Notes: a model not told the origin generated them from the sequence alone. Shown: positions 1 to 13,642, numbered from the whole stretch's first letter. The stretch: DNA of 63,811 bases, filler included, from Conidiobolus incongruus B7586 (GCA_000697335.1; 20 parts of 20 records of this genome joined end to end with filler, not necessarily neighbours in it), one strand, 5' to 3'. Made by a program: numbers and translations.

Positions 1-1042
1 ATAACTATATTTTGATTATTAATCTTTTCATATTTAATTTAATATTAAAAATTTAAAAATTAATTAAAAATTTTATTCTTTGTATAGTTTATTTTATATT
101 AATAAAAATATATTTATATTGTATTTTAATATATATATCTAATATAACCTATTATAAGGGTTGATCTTTGATATTGAAAATTATGTCATTATTTTTTGTT
201 TTAATTATAATTAGTAAATAATTTCAGATAGGTATAGTTAATAAAAGTAAGAATAATTAATTAATAAATAGTATGTTTCAAAAGTTTTAGATATTTGTTA
301 TCATATAGTTTTATTAATTAAAAATTCTCAATTTCTATAAATTTATATTGAATAATTGAATAATAATAACCAAATAATGATCATAATAATTTGAATAAAA
401 AAATAATTTTGAAATTTTATATTTTAAATCTATTGCAAATATTGGTTAATACTTTTAAATATATATCTGATATAGAAATATTGATATATAATTAATAATT
501 TCAATGGTAATATTAGTATTTTTTCAAGTTAAAATATCAAAATAAATCATATATTTTAATTAGATTACTATTGTTCCAAAAATTTATTTAATATTTTTGA
601 ATTTAATCTATTAAATTTTTAATACATTAAATTGAATTATCAATTAATTCAATTTTTTTAAATTATTAACTCAAAAATAATTGTTTTTAAATTTAAAAAA
701 AATTATTAAATCAATTCTTTATATACTCCTTTTATTTATAAATCATTAATTTAAGGGACTTGAAAATATTAAAATTAAAATTAATATTTTATTTTAAAAT
801 TTTATCAAATAATATCATAAATTTTTTGAATAATTATTTAAATTTAATCAAAATATCAACTTAATAAATATATATAAATATATATGATTAATTTAATTAA
901 TTTGATTATATCTACCTAGAGATGGGAAAGATATATGAATTAATTACATCATATTAATATGATCAATAAATATATTTAAAATTTTAATATTAAAATGTTT
1001 TAAATAAAAAGTCTTTTCAATTAAATAACTTATTAAAACCAG

Positions 1043-1077
<35 letters not shown>

Positions 1078-1665
1078 CAAAACTTTTTGAACTTTATTCA
1101 ATTAAAATTTTTTCTATTAAATTATAGGAGTAGTGGCGTTAAGGGAATCAATTGAATATTAATAATGATTTATGAATATTTAACCTTTCACACTTTCTAG
1201 ATTTTACATGATAATAATAATAATAATAACTACCACTTAATTATTAAATAGCTATTATTTATTTTATAGGTATTATATATAGATAGTTTATTCTTTATTT
1301 TTAATTTTAGGTTATATAAAATAAACCATTAGTATAATTTAATACATTCTAATGAATATTAATTATATTAATTAAATAATGAAATAAATTATTATTTCAA
1401 TACAAAAATGGTTCAAAAATTTAAAAATGTTACCTTTATTGAATGAGATAAAAACATCTATTTGTTCATTAATAGAAATGATTTTTGTGTCTGTATGGGG
1501 TCTTGTATAAATTTGTTGAATAAGCAATCAATACATTGGTATTGATTAACTTTAAGATACTCATTTAACCAACTGAATTTTTTCTTAATTAAATTCATTT
1601 CTATCATTTTTTAAATATATTTTTTTTTCAAATTCAAGTTTAGGATATTTAAAATAGTATTGTTG

Positions 1666-1845
1666 CTATAAATTTTCTGTAATATAGCTATTATCAGCTA
1701 TTTCTACTATAATCTTTTTGATATTATTGTGAACAATGTTGAAACTAAAATTGATTTTCCCCAGGATGGTTCTGGAGATAGTATTGGAATTGGTTGAGCA
1801 GGAGTTAGAGTCAGTAAAGCATCCATCACAAGTTTTACAGCTCAT
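1666..1845 (-). other. Cryptic 59-aa ORF or decayed gene 5' end (MSCKTCDGCFTDSNSCSTNS...)
   Basis: ATG at 1845 reads open to TAG at 1668-1666. It lies in a locally GC-richer patch, has a CxxCxxC N-terminus, and has a correctly oriented TCCCATAA motif 79 bp upstream. No family recognised. Confidence 0.3.
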
Positions 1846-2953
1846 GTGGTTAACTTAAATTGGTTGAGAATGTGGCCAAACTGCGGTAAACTGGTATTTA
1901 ATATTTTATTATCCAAATTAAAATTATGGGATATTCAGATATGTCTGAAAACAACTCGTAAAACTTTGGCATTTTAAAATCATTGACCAATCAAATTTGG
2001 AGGGATAGAATCCTGTTGTGCTGAATAGGGAAAGAATGTTGAATGGTTGTAAGACTGAAGTTTCAGTTGGCTTGAATTAAGTTAATTGGCACACCATATT
2101 ACCATTTAAGTGGATTGTTTATTTGTAATTGATGAATAAATTAACTGAAAAAAAGTTGCTGAATTTAGAAAAAGCCTTAAATCTTCTAGATAACTGGAAA
2201 GATTGGGGAAAGATTATTCCGACATAGTATTTGAATATCATTAGATTAGCTATTGAGATTCATATCAATACCAACAATCAAACTAACAATAGTAATAGAT
2301 CAATTAAGAAAGTTTAAGAATATTCAAGAATGTATCAATTGAGCTGGCGTTGGTCTAAAGATCAAAGTGTGACAATAATTGATTGATTGATTGATTGATT
2401 AATTTGATGGAAATGATACATTGGTTATGCAACTAACAAAATGTAATGTGAGAAAATCAAAGAATCTTCATACAAAAAAATTGAATAATAATTGCCCAAA
2501 TATCATGAAGATTATGGATTAAAGAGATGTTTAGTTTCCCCCCCATCAATACATCCTATTATTCATTTCAATAATAAAATTAATGTTACATCATTATTAT
2601 AAATCCGATTAATGTCATAAAACTCTCTGTGTATAATATTATTTTTGAAATATAATATTATATTCATCTATAACAAAAAACTAAGTTAGTTAAAGTTAAA
2701 TATTATAGTGAAAACCAAAAGAATGAAAGTAAAATGTAAAAGAATCATAAATTAGTTTTGTATATAGTTGTATTTTAATAGTATGTTTAAAAATTAAAAA
2801 GAAAAGCAATAAAGAAAAAATGGTAAACTTAAGTAAATAGCCATAGACAATAGCACTCAATTCCTTGAAGCAAACGAAAAAGTTTTCAATGATAAAAGTC
2901 AAAGTAAAGAAAAAATGAGATATAAATAAAGGAATTGAGTACTGGCCAGGGAT

Positions 2954-3537
2954 TCAACAGATAGAGCATTTACCCCCTTTTTGGCGCTTGTAAGCTTCAA
3001 TATACTTGATTTGCTTGTTGTTGATGGCGCCCCGTCTTCTCTCACGAATAAACATAACGCTATCGAGGGGGGACATTCCTTGCTCAATAAGAGCGATAGC
3101 GACTAAGACGGGGGCACGGCCTAATCCAGCGACACAATGAACCCCGATCGTAGGCTTGGGGCCTGTGTTGTCTAAGAAGCGAGCTTGGATCAAATCGAGC
3201 CACTCATTAACGACGTTACGGGGAGGTGCCTCTCCGTCCCCGTAAGACATTTCGTGGACTTTTATACCGTTCTTTTCTAAGAATTCTCGAGGGTAGGTTG
3301 GTTCACAAACGCGTACCACATCGGTTACTCCATATTTTTGAAATTCCTATAATAAAACGAGTATAAGTTGATTAAGTTTATAAAAAAATCTATAAATTTT
3401 ATACATACTTTAAGATAAAGAGGTAAGGTATTGGTAGAAGGAGCGTCAAATACCAAAAAACGCATACCTAAATTCTCAATTAAGGTGAGAGGATTTAATA
3501 AAGTTTGCTGACAGGTCATAGTCATAGAAGGAGACAT
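2954..3537 (-). CDS. PTP4A: Prenylated protein tyrosine phosphatase type IVA (PRL family), 2 exons (3537-3409, 3346-2954)
   Basis: Catalytic loop HCVAGLGRAP, RRGAIN motif and C-terminal CaaX (CSIC). A GTATGT...TAG intron at 3408-3347 joins ...PLYLK to EFQKYGVTDVVRVCE in frame. Confidence 0.93.
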
Positions 3538-6500
3538 GAGTATTAAAAAAACAAATAATACGTGTACAAGATAGTAAATGAATCAAAGTTATAATAATAA
3601 TTTGACTAGAAATCACTCTGTGGGAAAGAAAATGAAGACAATACGACCCGGCAACCAAAAAGTTAATAATTAAATAACAACTTGAAAAATGCTAATTACA
3701 ATAGAAGGCAGACACTTGAAGAGATAACTGAGAATACGAGAAAAGGAATCGGCTATTGGGAAATGAAAACTACAAGTCCAATTATCCAGGATCAAACATC
3801 GGAGGGGGAGGAGAGAAAGATTGGTATTGGTGAAAAGAGGTTGACAATTGTCAATAAAGCTAAGTTTATGGCCGAATTCCTAAATTTTTTTATATCTTTT
3901 CATTTCTGCGAAAATACTCTACGCTCAAATTAATAGCCAATCAGTTGTCACGATTGGTGAATTTGAGTTGAAAATTTACCACAAGCCAATCAAATAATAG
4001 AGAAATCACCATCTTTCTCAACCTCAATTGCTCAATAATTGGGGTTTTAATCCGTGTGTCTTGACTTCAAACTTCTCCTAATCTCTCAGCAGTTCCTCAT
4101 GGCAAAAATATTCAAACTTTTTGGTCAATATTATGCAAATCAGTGGTAATAAGACTTAGGTTTAAGTTGGTTTGGTTTAATTTAAAATATAAAGGTGTGA
4201 TTTCATGATGATGTCAAATAAAGAAATAAAGGATATATCAATTGAGACACATATTTATTTACTGACTTTAATAAATTCATTAAGTTTAATCTATATTAGA
4301 ATGTTATTATTGTGACAAAAAGTTAATAAGTTTACCCAAATCAAATACTACATTACATCAAACAATTGGTATTATTAACAAGAGATATCAAGGAGTAATC
4401 TTTCAAATTAATCAGTGATCTACTCAATATAAACTTTATTAATATGCGGTCCAATCCTTTATGTCAAATTGATCATTATATATATATATTGTTAATAAAA
4501 GTAGGTTGAATATTAATCATGGTCAGTTATAATCCTACATCAATGTTCTTTCTATTTCCCCATCTATATTTTTTATACTTACTATCACTTTTACATAATT
4601 ACCTTAATACTATTTCAAACACATAACTAAAAAACGTTCAAAACCTAATGTTATAAAAATTTAAAGTTATGCATAATTAATTTATTTATCAATTCAATTA
4701 AATGTTTTCCTAAAAATTATTATTCAAATATTTAATCCATTTAATCTTCTAAAATTGGATTTTTATTCTCGTGATAATTAATGATACCATCAGTAAAAAA
4801 TTTAATAATAAATAATCAAATATAATGAACTAGTAATTTTCAGTTATTTTTATAATTTTAAAACCTATAGCTTTACTGATACATTATTATAATGGTTCTG
4901 ATGTTATATTAAAAGCATTGCTATTAATGTCTTTGATATATTGCATACAATTTATTTAGCTCTGTTAGTTAAAAATTTATAATGAGAATATTAGTGACTG
5001 GATAATTTCACAAAATGGATAATCATCTTATCAAGTTATATAAATTAAATTATAATCTTGTTTTGGAATTAATACCATTTGATATTGTAAATATTTTTTT
5101 TCAAAATTTAATAATATATTTTATTAATAAAATAATTATAATTGAAAATTATAATCATTAATTATATTACCAAAATTTAAATAAAAATATTATTTATTTA
5201 ATTCCACTTATTAGTATAATTTTGATTATTTTAAATATTTCTTTTCTCTATAGACATAAAATAATACTTTGATAACTTATAATAATAAATGCGTACTATT
5301 GTATATAATTTTAAAATGATAAATATAGTTAATCAATATTTGATATTCAATTTTAATAAATGATGTTTAAGATCTGAGTATTTTGATAATATATATGCAA
5401 TTGGACAATATGTTAAGATATTAAAATATTACATTCTTTAGATATTAGTATGTATTGATATTAGATAATAGTATATATTTTGGACACTTACTGAATTATT
5501 CAGTTTAGTAAATAATTATTCGTTTAATCTATTTTAAATCAAACAATCAATTACTTCTATTTAATCGTTTTAAAAAATAAATAATATTAGTCATTAATTT
5601 TCTAAAACTTTCATTCTATTATTATTGCATTTTATTACTTTATTAAACAACTATTTTAACTCAAATCAGTAATTACATATATTAATTTTATTTTTTCAGG
5701 TATTTTTCGCAAATAATATAGATTTCATTAACTTTATTTATTTCTTAATTTGGTATTTAAATAATCATATAATAATAAATAACGATTCGTTTTAGTAAAT
5801 ACAGTGTTAGTGTTCCTTTGTTTGTAATTTCAATGACTATGTTTTTGAATTAAAATTTACAATTGGTTTAATTATTAAATATATCTTGTTATTTCCAAAT
5901 TTCAATCTATTTTAATCTGAATATTTAGATTTTATATATTGGTTGAAAAATATATATTTACCCTATAATTTACCTATATTCAATTTCCAAAAAATATCAA
6001 ATTCGTTTGTTGTTTTTTTAGTTTATTATAGATTTCATATTTTGGTATAGAAATAATATTAAACATTATATTTATATTGATTAATATTTAAATTGATTTT
6101 TTATTCTTAATCAGGATGACCTCATTTGACTAATTAAAACTATCTATATAAGTCGGGAATATCAATTTATTATTCATATTCATTTGATAACAATCTAATC
6201 TAATATATATATATATATATAACTAAATAATTATCTAATTCTATTTTATTATAATTTTTTATTTCTTATAAAAGTTAACATTTTTATTAACAATGATTTC
6301 TGGAATAAGAGTAAAAAGATAATTATAAATATTATAGTTTGTATTGGTGATATATGGCGAATGAGTATATCTAATATCATTCAAATAATAATAAATTACT
6401 ATGTGCTATCAAAACGATGACAATTCATTCCAGTATATTACAATATTTGACAAAATTTAAGGTTTTAATGTTGATCTATTAAATGTTTAATTAAAATATT

Positions 6501-6668
6501 CATTCCAATATTGAGTCCCATAAATGATCACCAATATTGGATAGATGTAATAAATACATTAAATTCAATGAATAAAATCCAACTATTCAAAGTAACCAAA
6601 ACCATATCACTTATCAATAAAAAGATTTATCATTATTAATAGTTTAAATTATATTAATATCAAAAAAT

Positions 6669-8240
6669 ATGGCTAAAAATCCCGATTATGTTCAAGTGAT
6701 TGAATTAGATGAAGTAAATTTGAAATTATTACAATTGAATAATTGGTTTTAATCCTGAATTAGGAATTGATGGAAGAAAGTTCTGAATTACAATTCCAAA
6801 GTAATATTTATGTTTATCACTTCTTTATATATGATGTTAAATCTATTTTTTAGACTTTGACCACGACACTTCTAATAATATTTCAGGCTCTTTAAACACT
6901 AGTAATCGTAACCCACCAAGAGGTAACTAATACTATCTAATTATTTATTCTATATTGATATAATTTGTTCTAGTTAATCCCAATCAAACATTTGACGAAC
7001 CTACTAGAAAAAGTTCTTCTTGGTTTAACCTTGATAATTATTCTCAATATTTTGATATCGATACTCAAGATGTAAAATAATATCAATTCGTATTAAATAA
7101 TATTTAATTTTGTGTTATTAGGTCGTTACTAGAATGCTAGAAAGTGTCAATCCCAAAGCTAGATTCATGGAAACTATTCAACCTAAGCCAGATTTATATG
7201 GTAAAATATTATCCATATTTATTATCATGTTATATTAAATGATGTTTAGGACCTTTCTGGATTCCCACCACTATTATATTCCTTCTATTTATTGTGCAAT
7301 CCATTCGCAGTAACTCTACGGCTTACAGAGAGTTATCCGTTGCAGCCTTCTCCGTTTACTTTTATGTGTATTCTTTACCTGTTCTACTTTGGGGTATTAC
7401 CAAGTATTTCGATTGCCAGCCTAANNNNNNNNNNNNNNNNNNNNNNNNNNNNNNNNNNNNNNNNNNNNTTAATTAATTAANNNNNNNNNNNNNNNNNNNN
7501 NNNNNNNNNNNNNNNNNNNNNNNNATAATATCAATTCGTATTAAATAATATTTAATTTTGTGTTATTAGGTCGTTACTAGAATGCTAGAAAGTGTCAATC
7601 CCAAAGCTAGATTCATGGAAACTATTCAACCTAAGCCAGATTTATATGGTAAAATATTATCCATATTTATTATCATGTTATATTAAATGATGTTTAGGAC
7701 CTTTCTGGATTCCCACCACTATTATATTCCTTCTATTTATTGTGCAATCCATTCGCAGTAACTCTACGGCTTACAGAGAGTTATCCGTTGCAGCCTTCTC
7801 CGTTTACTTTTATGTGTATTCTTTACCTGTTCTACTTTGGGGTATTACCAAGTATTTCGATTGCCAGCCTAAATTATTAGAGTTTTTCACTTTTTACGGC
7901 TATTCTTTAACGGTTTGGCTTCCTGCTATTGTAAGTTTAATATAATATTATTTCGATATATTTGTATTAATCCATTGTAATTTTAGTTATTATGTATTAT
8001 TCCCGTAACTGCTGTCAATTGGGTAATATTATTCTTAGCTTGTGGTTCATCAGGTAAATTTGAATAACTTTATACCAATTTAATCTTTATTAATTTTAAT
8101 TAGCATTCTTCATGTATCAATGCTTGGATAATACTTTATTGGATTCTAACAATAAGATGGCAAGAATGTCAGCATTGGGAATTATGGCTATTGCAAATGT
8201 AGTTTTCACTTTAATTGTTAAATTTAGTATATTATATTAA
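6669..8240 (+). CDS. Yip1-domain Golgi/ER membrane protein (YIPF1/2, Yip5-like), multi-exon, interrupted by an assembly gap
   Basis: Spliced exons give YSQYFDIDTQDV...R, KPDLYGPFWIPTT and YGYSLTVWLP motifs. ATG at 6669, TAA at 8238-8240. Segment 7077-7424 is repeated at 7525-7872 across the gap. Confidence 0.85.
7425..7524. other. Artificial contig-joining spacer (N-run, TTAATTAATTAA six-frame stop, N-run); first of 19
   Basis: The same 100-nt structure starts at about 7425, 16447, 20032, 23144, 26771, 29425, 32969, 35110, 37696, 41972, 44639, 45813, 49714, 52460, 54816, 56273, 59636, 60842 and 62655. Confidence 0.97.
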
Positions 8241-8575
8241 GTTTAAACTTTATTCAGATATAACAATAATAATAACAATAGCAATAAAAATAATACCATT
8301 TTAATTAAATTATTTAAAATCATCAAATTAAAATATCTATATTTATAATGTGTATTATGTTTTCATCAACTTTTCATTCATTCCAATCATTAATAATTAA
8401 TCAAATTAAAATGTTTATTTAAATACAAAACTATTCAATTCTCTACGGTTTGAATTTAAAATTTCATTATTATCCCATAAAATTATCTTTTCTAATATAA
8501 CCACTATAATAATTAACTAATACCAGTCATTGATTAAATACTAACCAATATTCATTATTCAATCCTAATAAATAT

Positions 8576-10126
8576 ATGAGTCATTATACCATAAATAAAG
8601 AAGTGTATGAAAAATTTAAATCTAAAAGTTCACTAGATAAAACTCTTATTGCAGAAAAGTATACTATCTTAGATTTTATTTCTTCAGGTACTTTTAGTAG
8701 AGTTTATAAAACCAAATTAACTGATAAGTAAATCATATAACTTATATTGTTTGATTTATATTATATTAATAATATAATATATTTCAGACACTAGAATTTT
8801 TGCTATTAAAAAATTTAAACCTGAGAAAGTTTTGAATACTGGTATTTCTCAATCGGCTTGTAGATAAATTTCGGTAATTGCTATTATTATAACCAATTGT
8901 TATATATATTAATTTCAAATAGTTATGTAAAGAATTATAACATTAAAATATTGTATATTTGGAGGATGTGATATTTGAAGATCGTTCTTTTTATATGGTT
9001 TTTGAATATACTGAATATGATTTATTAGTAATATTTCAAACTTAATGAATTTATTAATGGTTATTAACTTGTATGAATTATATAGAGAATGATTCATTTT
9101 CACGGTCATATTGAAAGAAAACCTATTCTAGAAGTGACGATAAAATCCATTATGTGGCAACTGCTAAACGGATTGGCTTTTTTGCACGAGAATTGGATTA
9201 TGCATCGAGATTTAAAACCTGCTAATATTTTAATTTCTCATGATGGTCTCGTTCAAATTGGTAAGTTTATTATCATGTTATGATTTATTCATTATTGATA
9301 TATACTATGGTATATAGGCGATTTGGGTCTTGCTAGATTATTCTTCGGTCCTATCCAACCTCTGTACAATAGTGACAAAGTGGTGGTTACAATTTGGTAC
9401 CGAGCACCTGAACTAATCCTAGGATCGCATCATTACACTAAAGCTGTGGACATGTGGTCGATGGGATGTATCTTTAGTGAATTATTAACCCTTAAACCCA
9501 TTTTCAAAGGTGAAGAAGCTAGAATTGAACCCAATAAGTTGGTGCCCTTTCAAAAACATCAAATGACAAAGATTATGGAGGTACTGGGACCTCCTAGAGG
9601 TATATATTTAATTAATAGTCCTATATAATTAATTAGTAATTTCATGTGATATAGTTGAAGATTGGAAAGAATTAGAATATATGCCAGAATATTTTGCACT
9701 GCAGTCTATTAAAAAGTATATCCAATATACACCATCATTTATTTGGTATTAAAAAATTGTTATTTATTAGGGGAAGAAATACACTCAAAAATTTATTCGC
9801 ATCTTGTCATGTCAAAAGCTCTAATGCCTATGATTTATTAGCCAACATGTTAGAATACAATCCAGGTAAAAGGATGACGACTTCCGAATCTCTAAATCAC
9901 GCCTACTTCAAAGAAGATCCCAAGCCCAATATCAAGTATATTATCATAATTCATTCATGTTAATATAATTATTAATTGCTATATAGTAACTGTTTCGATG
10001 GCCAATCCTTCGAATATTCAATTAGAAAATTAATACATCAAGAGCAATTTGTCAATGATTTTACCAATAATAATAGTAATCACAGTCAACATTGCAAGAA
10101 TGAATCAAGTCAGGGAGGTATTTGAA
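8576..10126 (+). pseudogene. SSN3: Cyclin-dependent kinase 8 (Srb10/Ssn3) pseudogene, multi-exon
   Basis: Motifs [34 protein letters not shown] and [14 protein letters not shown]. In-frame TAA at 8865, 8938 and 8944. Gly-loop reads SSGTFSRVYK instead of the usual SSGTYGRVYK. Confidence 0.85.
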
Positions 10127-11013
10127 AAAGGACCAAATATTAATTTATTTCATTTTTCAAATCTAATAATGTAATAAATATGTAATAAAATGAATCAATT
10201 TTACATAAATATTCTTAATATTTGTTTTGAAAATCATCATTTTTCAAGCTATTTAGATATATTATACTCATAAACATTTTCAGAATATACTTAACCAATA
10301 CATCATTTGTCATTAAACTGAAAAAATGATTTAAAAGCAATAATTCATTAAACACAAAAGGCATTTTAAGTTTTAAATAAGCCAGTGATTTATTAAATAT
10401 TCATTGATGTAGTTTCAGATATTATTTTTAAGATTCAAAATGATAACTTATTGATTTTATCATTTTATATATTGATTGATATTAGTAACTATATACACTA
10501 CATCAATGATTTCATTGAATATTGATCAAGAGAATAAAGTATAAAAATAATTATTGTAGTGTTTATTGGTTTAATGTATTACATCAATAAACTTATTAAC
10601 TTATATTTACTCTGATTATAAGTTATCCATGAAACTTAACGTCAAAAGAGATTACCACTTTTAATTTGGCTGAGTTTGTTATAGATAATAATTATCCAAT
10701 CAGATTGGAAATAGAAATGTGCCTCAAGTTACAATATAGATCCTTTTAACTAAATTCATTAATTAATGGACATTGTAAACTAATTAGTGTATCATAAAAG
10801 TTAGGAGGATATTTATAACGATTGATAATAATGGACAAATATAGATTAATATATATTTGGAATATATAAGTCATAATGATTAAATTTATATATATAGGGG
10901 GTAAAATTTGGAAATGAAATTGATTGGATTAAGGCTAATGCCACCTATTTTCAAAATATATAAACAACTTAATAGAGTTCATAAAACTCCATTTGGATGT
11001 GTGTTAATAAAAA

Positions 11014-12861
11014 ATGATGCGCTATCAATTCGTCACGATGACATTGCATCCCACTCAACCTTATTATTTATCAGGAGATAAGATCAAACTCATTATAAAA
11101 ATATGCTACAATAGGAAACAAAATCCCAAGATTGAGTTAAAGTACAGGGAATTTAAAATTACTTTTGAAGGGTTGCAAATTATCAAGTACACAAAGCCTT
11201 TGAGGTATAAAGAAAAGCATCTGTGTAATTTGAGGGATTTTATTCAGGATAATCAGCATACTTTGAGTAAAGAGGGTGAGTGTGATCCGAGTGGTTGGCA
11301 CCTGATGGATGAGGGCAATTATAGTATACCTTTTGAGATCAAGTTACCAGAGAATTTACCTCCTAATTTTTACCATAATTTTAATGAAGATGTGTTACAC
11401 ATTAAATATACTTTTAAATGGTAGTTTATTATATGATGGTATATATTAAGTTTATTCATTGGTTTTGTAGTTCTTTAGAACTGAAAAATTTCAACGATAT
11501 TTTAACTCCTTTAAATAATGAATTACCCGTTACTATATTACCTAGGTATTCAATATCGTCGCAATTAATGGATACTCTGCTACACAATCATCAGTCAACT
11601 CAACTACAGACAGGAGATTTGAGAGTTACTTTAGAGTTAGATAGAGAAGCATATTTAACAGGTCAAACCATCTACTGTGGTTTAAGTTTTACAAATATCA
11701 AATTGAATAGAAGTGATCAAGTCAGATTGTGTTTAAAAGAAGTTTTACAATATCAACCAAATCCTGCAGACGATGTAGAGAGAAAGAATTTAATACCTCA
11801 AGGTAATTCATAAAATACGGCTATATTTACTGCTAATTGTATATATAGATTATTGGATCACAAAGTCTAGAGTAGTTATGAAAACAAAACTCAGTCATAA
11901 AACCACACCAACCAGTGTGACGATGAGCATGCCTCCCATTAAGCAATACATCATTCCTCTGCCTTTGTCCACTAAATTAACACCTACATTTGAATCATCT
12001 CTGATACGACTCTCATACACTATCAGTTTGAAATTCAATGAGTATGATTTACATTTACCCATTGCCATTTACAAACCTGCCTCTCTGAATCAAAATCCCC
12101 TTATGACACTCAAAGACAATTTAATAGTCACACAGCCGCAGCCTTTTGCCGAGCATCGTGTGCACAAAGTATACGAATTGAATACCGAGTCATTCAATCT
12201 TCCAACTCATCATCCCGATAACCATCATTCAGATTGGATTATAAGTCAGCTGTATTCACAGGGAATTGAGCCTTTGAAGAAGTCACCAGAGTTAATCATT
12301 CCATTTACCCAGAGTCCTGAAACACAATCGCCAACAATATCGAACGCATCGTCTCTGACATTGTCGCCACAATCATCGGTAATTCAATCTGGTAAGTTCA
12401 AGGGAACATTCAAAGATGGCAAAAAAGATGAATTGAATTCGGTTGATCCAACCAAATTCTACTACCAGTACGAGTCAGGATCGCTGCCTCAACCTAATCG
12501 AGGATGGAAGTGGAACAATTTGACTTTGAAGTCTTTGGACGAGAGTTTTGTTTATAAGCCTAAGGAATCTGGGGAGCGGTCATTGCCGTCAAGAGCATCA
12601 GGATCAACTAGCACCACTCAGACTGAGGGCTTAATGCTACAGTTTGAGGATTTGGTCAGTCCCACACATTCTTCCACCACAGGCACATCAGTGACATTGA
12701 CCAATAATAACGTACAAATATCCGATCTTAAGTCACCGCTTCTGAAAGCGAGTGTATCCAGCATCAAACCTGTGCACACTCTAAGAAAATTCAAAGGTAC
12801 ATTAAATTTATCGCCAACGCGATCCACATTCATTTTCAATATCAATCAAGCAATATATTAA
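11014..12861 (+). CDS. Alpha-arrestin-like protein, 3 exons (11014-11420, 11471-11802, 11849-12861)
   Basis: YLSGD..., G.YSIPFEIKLPENLPPNF, IKY, LDREAYLTGQTI and PTFESSLIRLSYTI match the arrestin N and C domains, followed by a Ser/Pro-rich tail. GT-AG introns join three ORFs in frame. Confidence 0.82.
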
Positions 12862-12906
12862 CAATAATAATTATGTAAAATACAATAAACAATTAATTTA
12901 TTCCAG

Positions 12907-13437
12907 CTATTTATTCTCATTACCATTAGTTAATCTAATTTTAATCAATTCGATGATCTTCCTCTGCGTCTGCTTATTCAGTTTCTTCATCCTCTTTTCG
13001 AGATCCGCCTTCAAATCCCATTCCAATTGCGCTGGAGCGAGTGCAATCACGTCCAATTCACTCTGTAATTTACTCTGATGTGCTTCGATAATAGGTTTTT
13101 CAATATTGTCAACTTGTTCTTCAACAGTTATCGACTCAGTTTGATTATTGTCCAATTTACGGAGTTTACTCTGAGGTATTTCGAATCCTTCGTCATCCCT
13201 TTTAGACTCTTCGGTCTCAATTGTTTCTTCTTCGGTTTCTTCAGTCTGGGTTTCATCATTAGTCTGAGATAAGTTACTTATAGCTATTAATTCGGGGTTG
13301 GTAGGTTCATAATTACGAAATTTCAAAATAGGTTTCTCTTGCTCTACTTCGTCATTATCGAATTCTTTATCAATTTGATTCTTTCTATTTAATAAATTTT
13401 TTAATTTTGATAATCTGTCATTTGAAGAAGATGCCAT
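12907..13437 (-). CDS. cwf18: Pre-mRNA splicing factor Cwf18/CCDC12
   Basis: LKFRNYEP and LAP...WDLK.DL..R..KL...TQ..I..LI..RL motifs; single 176-aa ORF. Confidence 0.88.
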   Translation of the reverse strand: MASSSNDRLSKLKNLLNRKNQIDKEFDNDEVEQEKPILKFRNYEPTNPELIAISNLSQTNDETQTEETEEETIETEESKRDDEGFEIPQSKLRKLDNNQTESITVEEQVDNIEKPIIEAHQSKLQSELDVIALAPAQLEWDLKADLEKRMKKLNKQTQRKIIELIKIRLTNGNENK

Positions 13438-13525
13438 ATTCAGTTTTGTTTTTTATTGATATATTTGTTCAGTTTAGTGATTGCATGCTTTGTAAATTTA
13501 ATAAATGCCAACTGAATAAATAAGT

Positions 13526-13556
13526 TTATGGGATTGTAAACAATTTAGTCCCATAA
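13526..13556. promoter_or_regulatory. Inverted pair of TCCCATAA elements in the 205-bp cwf18/ELP6 bidirectional promoter
   Basis: TTATGGGA at 13526-13533 and TCCCATAA at 13549-13556, 89 and 87 bp from the two divergent ATGs. Confidence 0.6.
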
Positions 13557-13642
13557 TTATTGTTATTTAATTGATAATACATATTTATTATATTAAGATA
13601 TTGACAAATGATATTACAACAAAACAATACCAACAAAACAAA

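Noticed and set aside
7077..7872. Apparent tandem duplication of Yip1 exons (348 bp)
   Set aside because: The copies are identical, introns included, and sit on either side of a gap: an unmerged contig overlap.
8865..8946. TAA at conserved Glu/Gln-type positions in CDK8 and the transposases, suggesting stop-codon reassignment
   Set aside because: TAA terminates intact genes here (arrestin, ELP6, COQ1, Yip1), intact genes have no internal TAA, and the affected sequences carry many other damaging substitutions.
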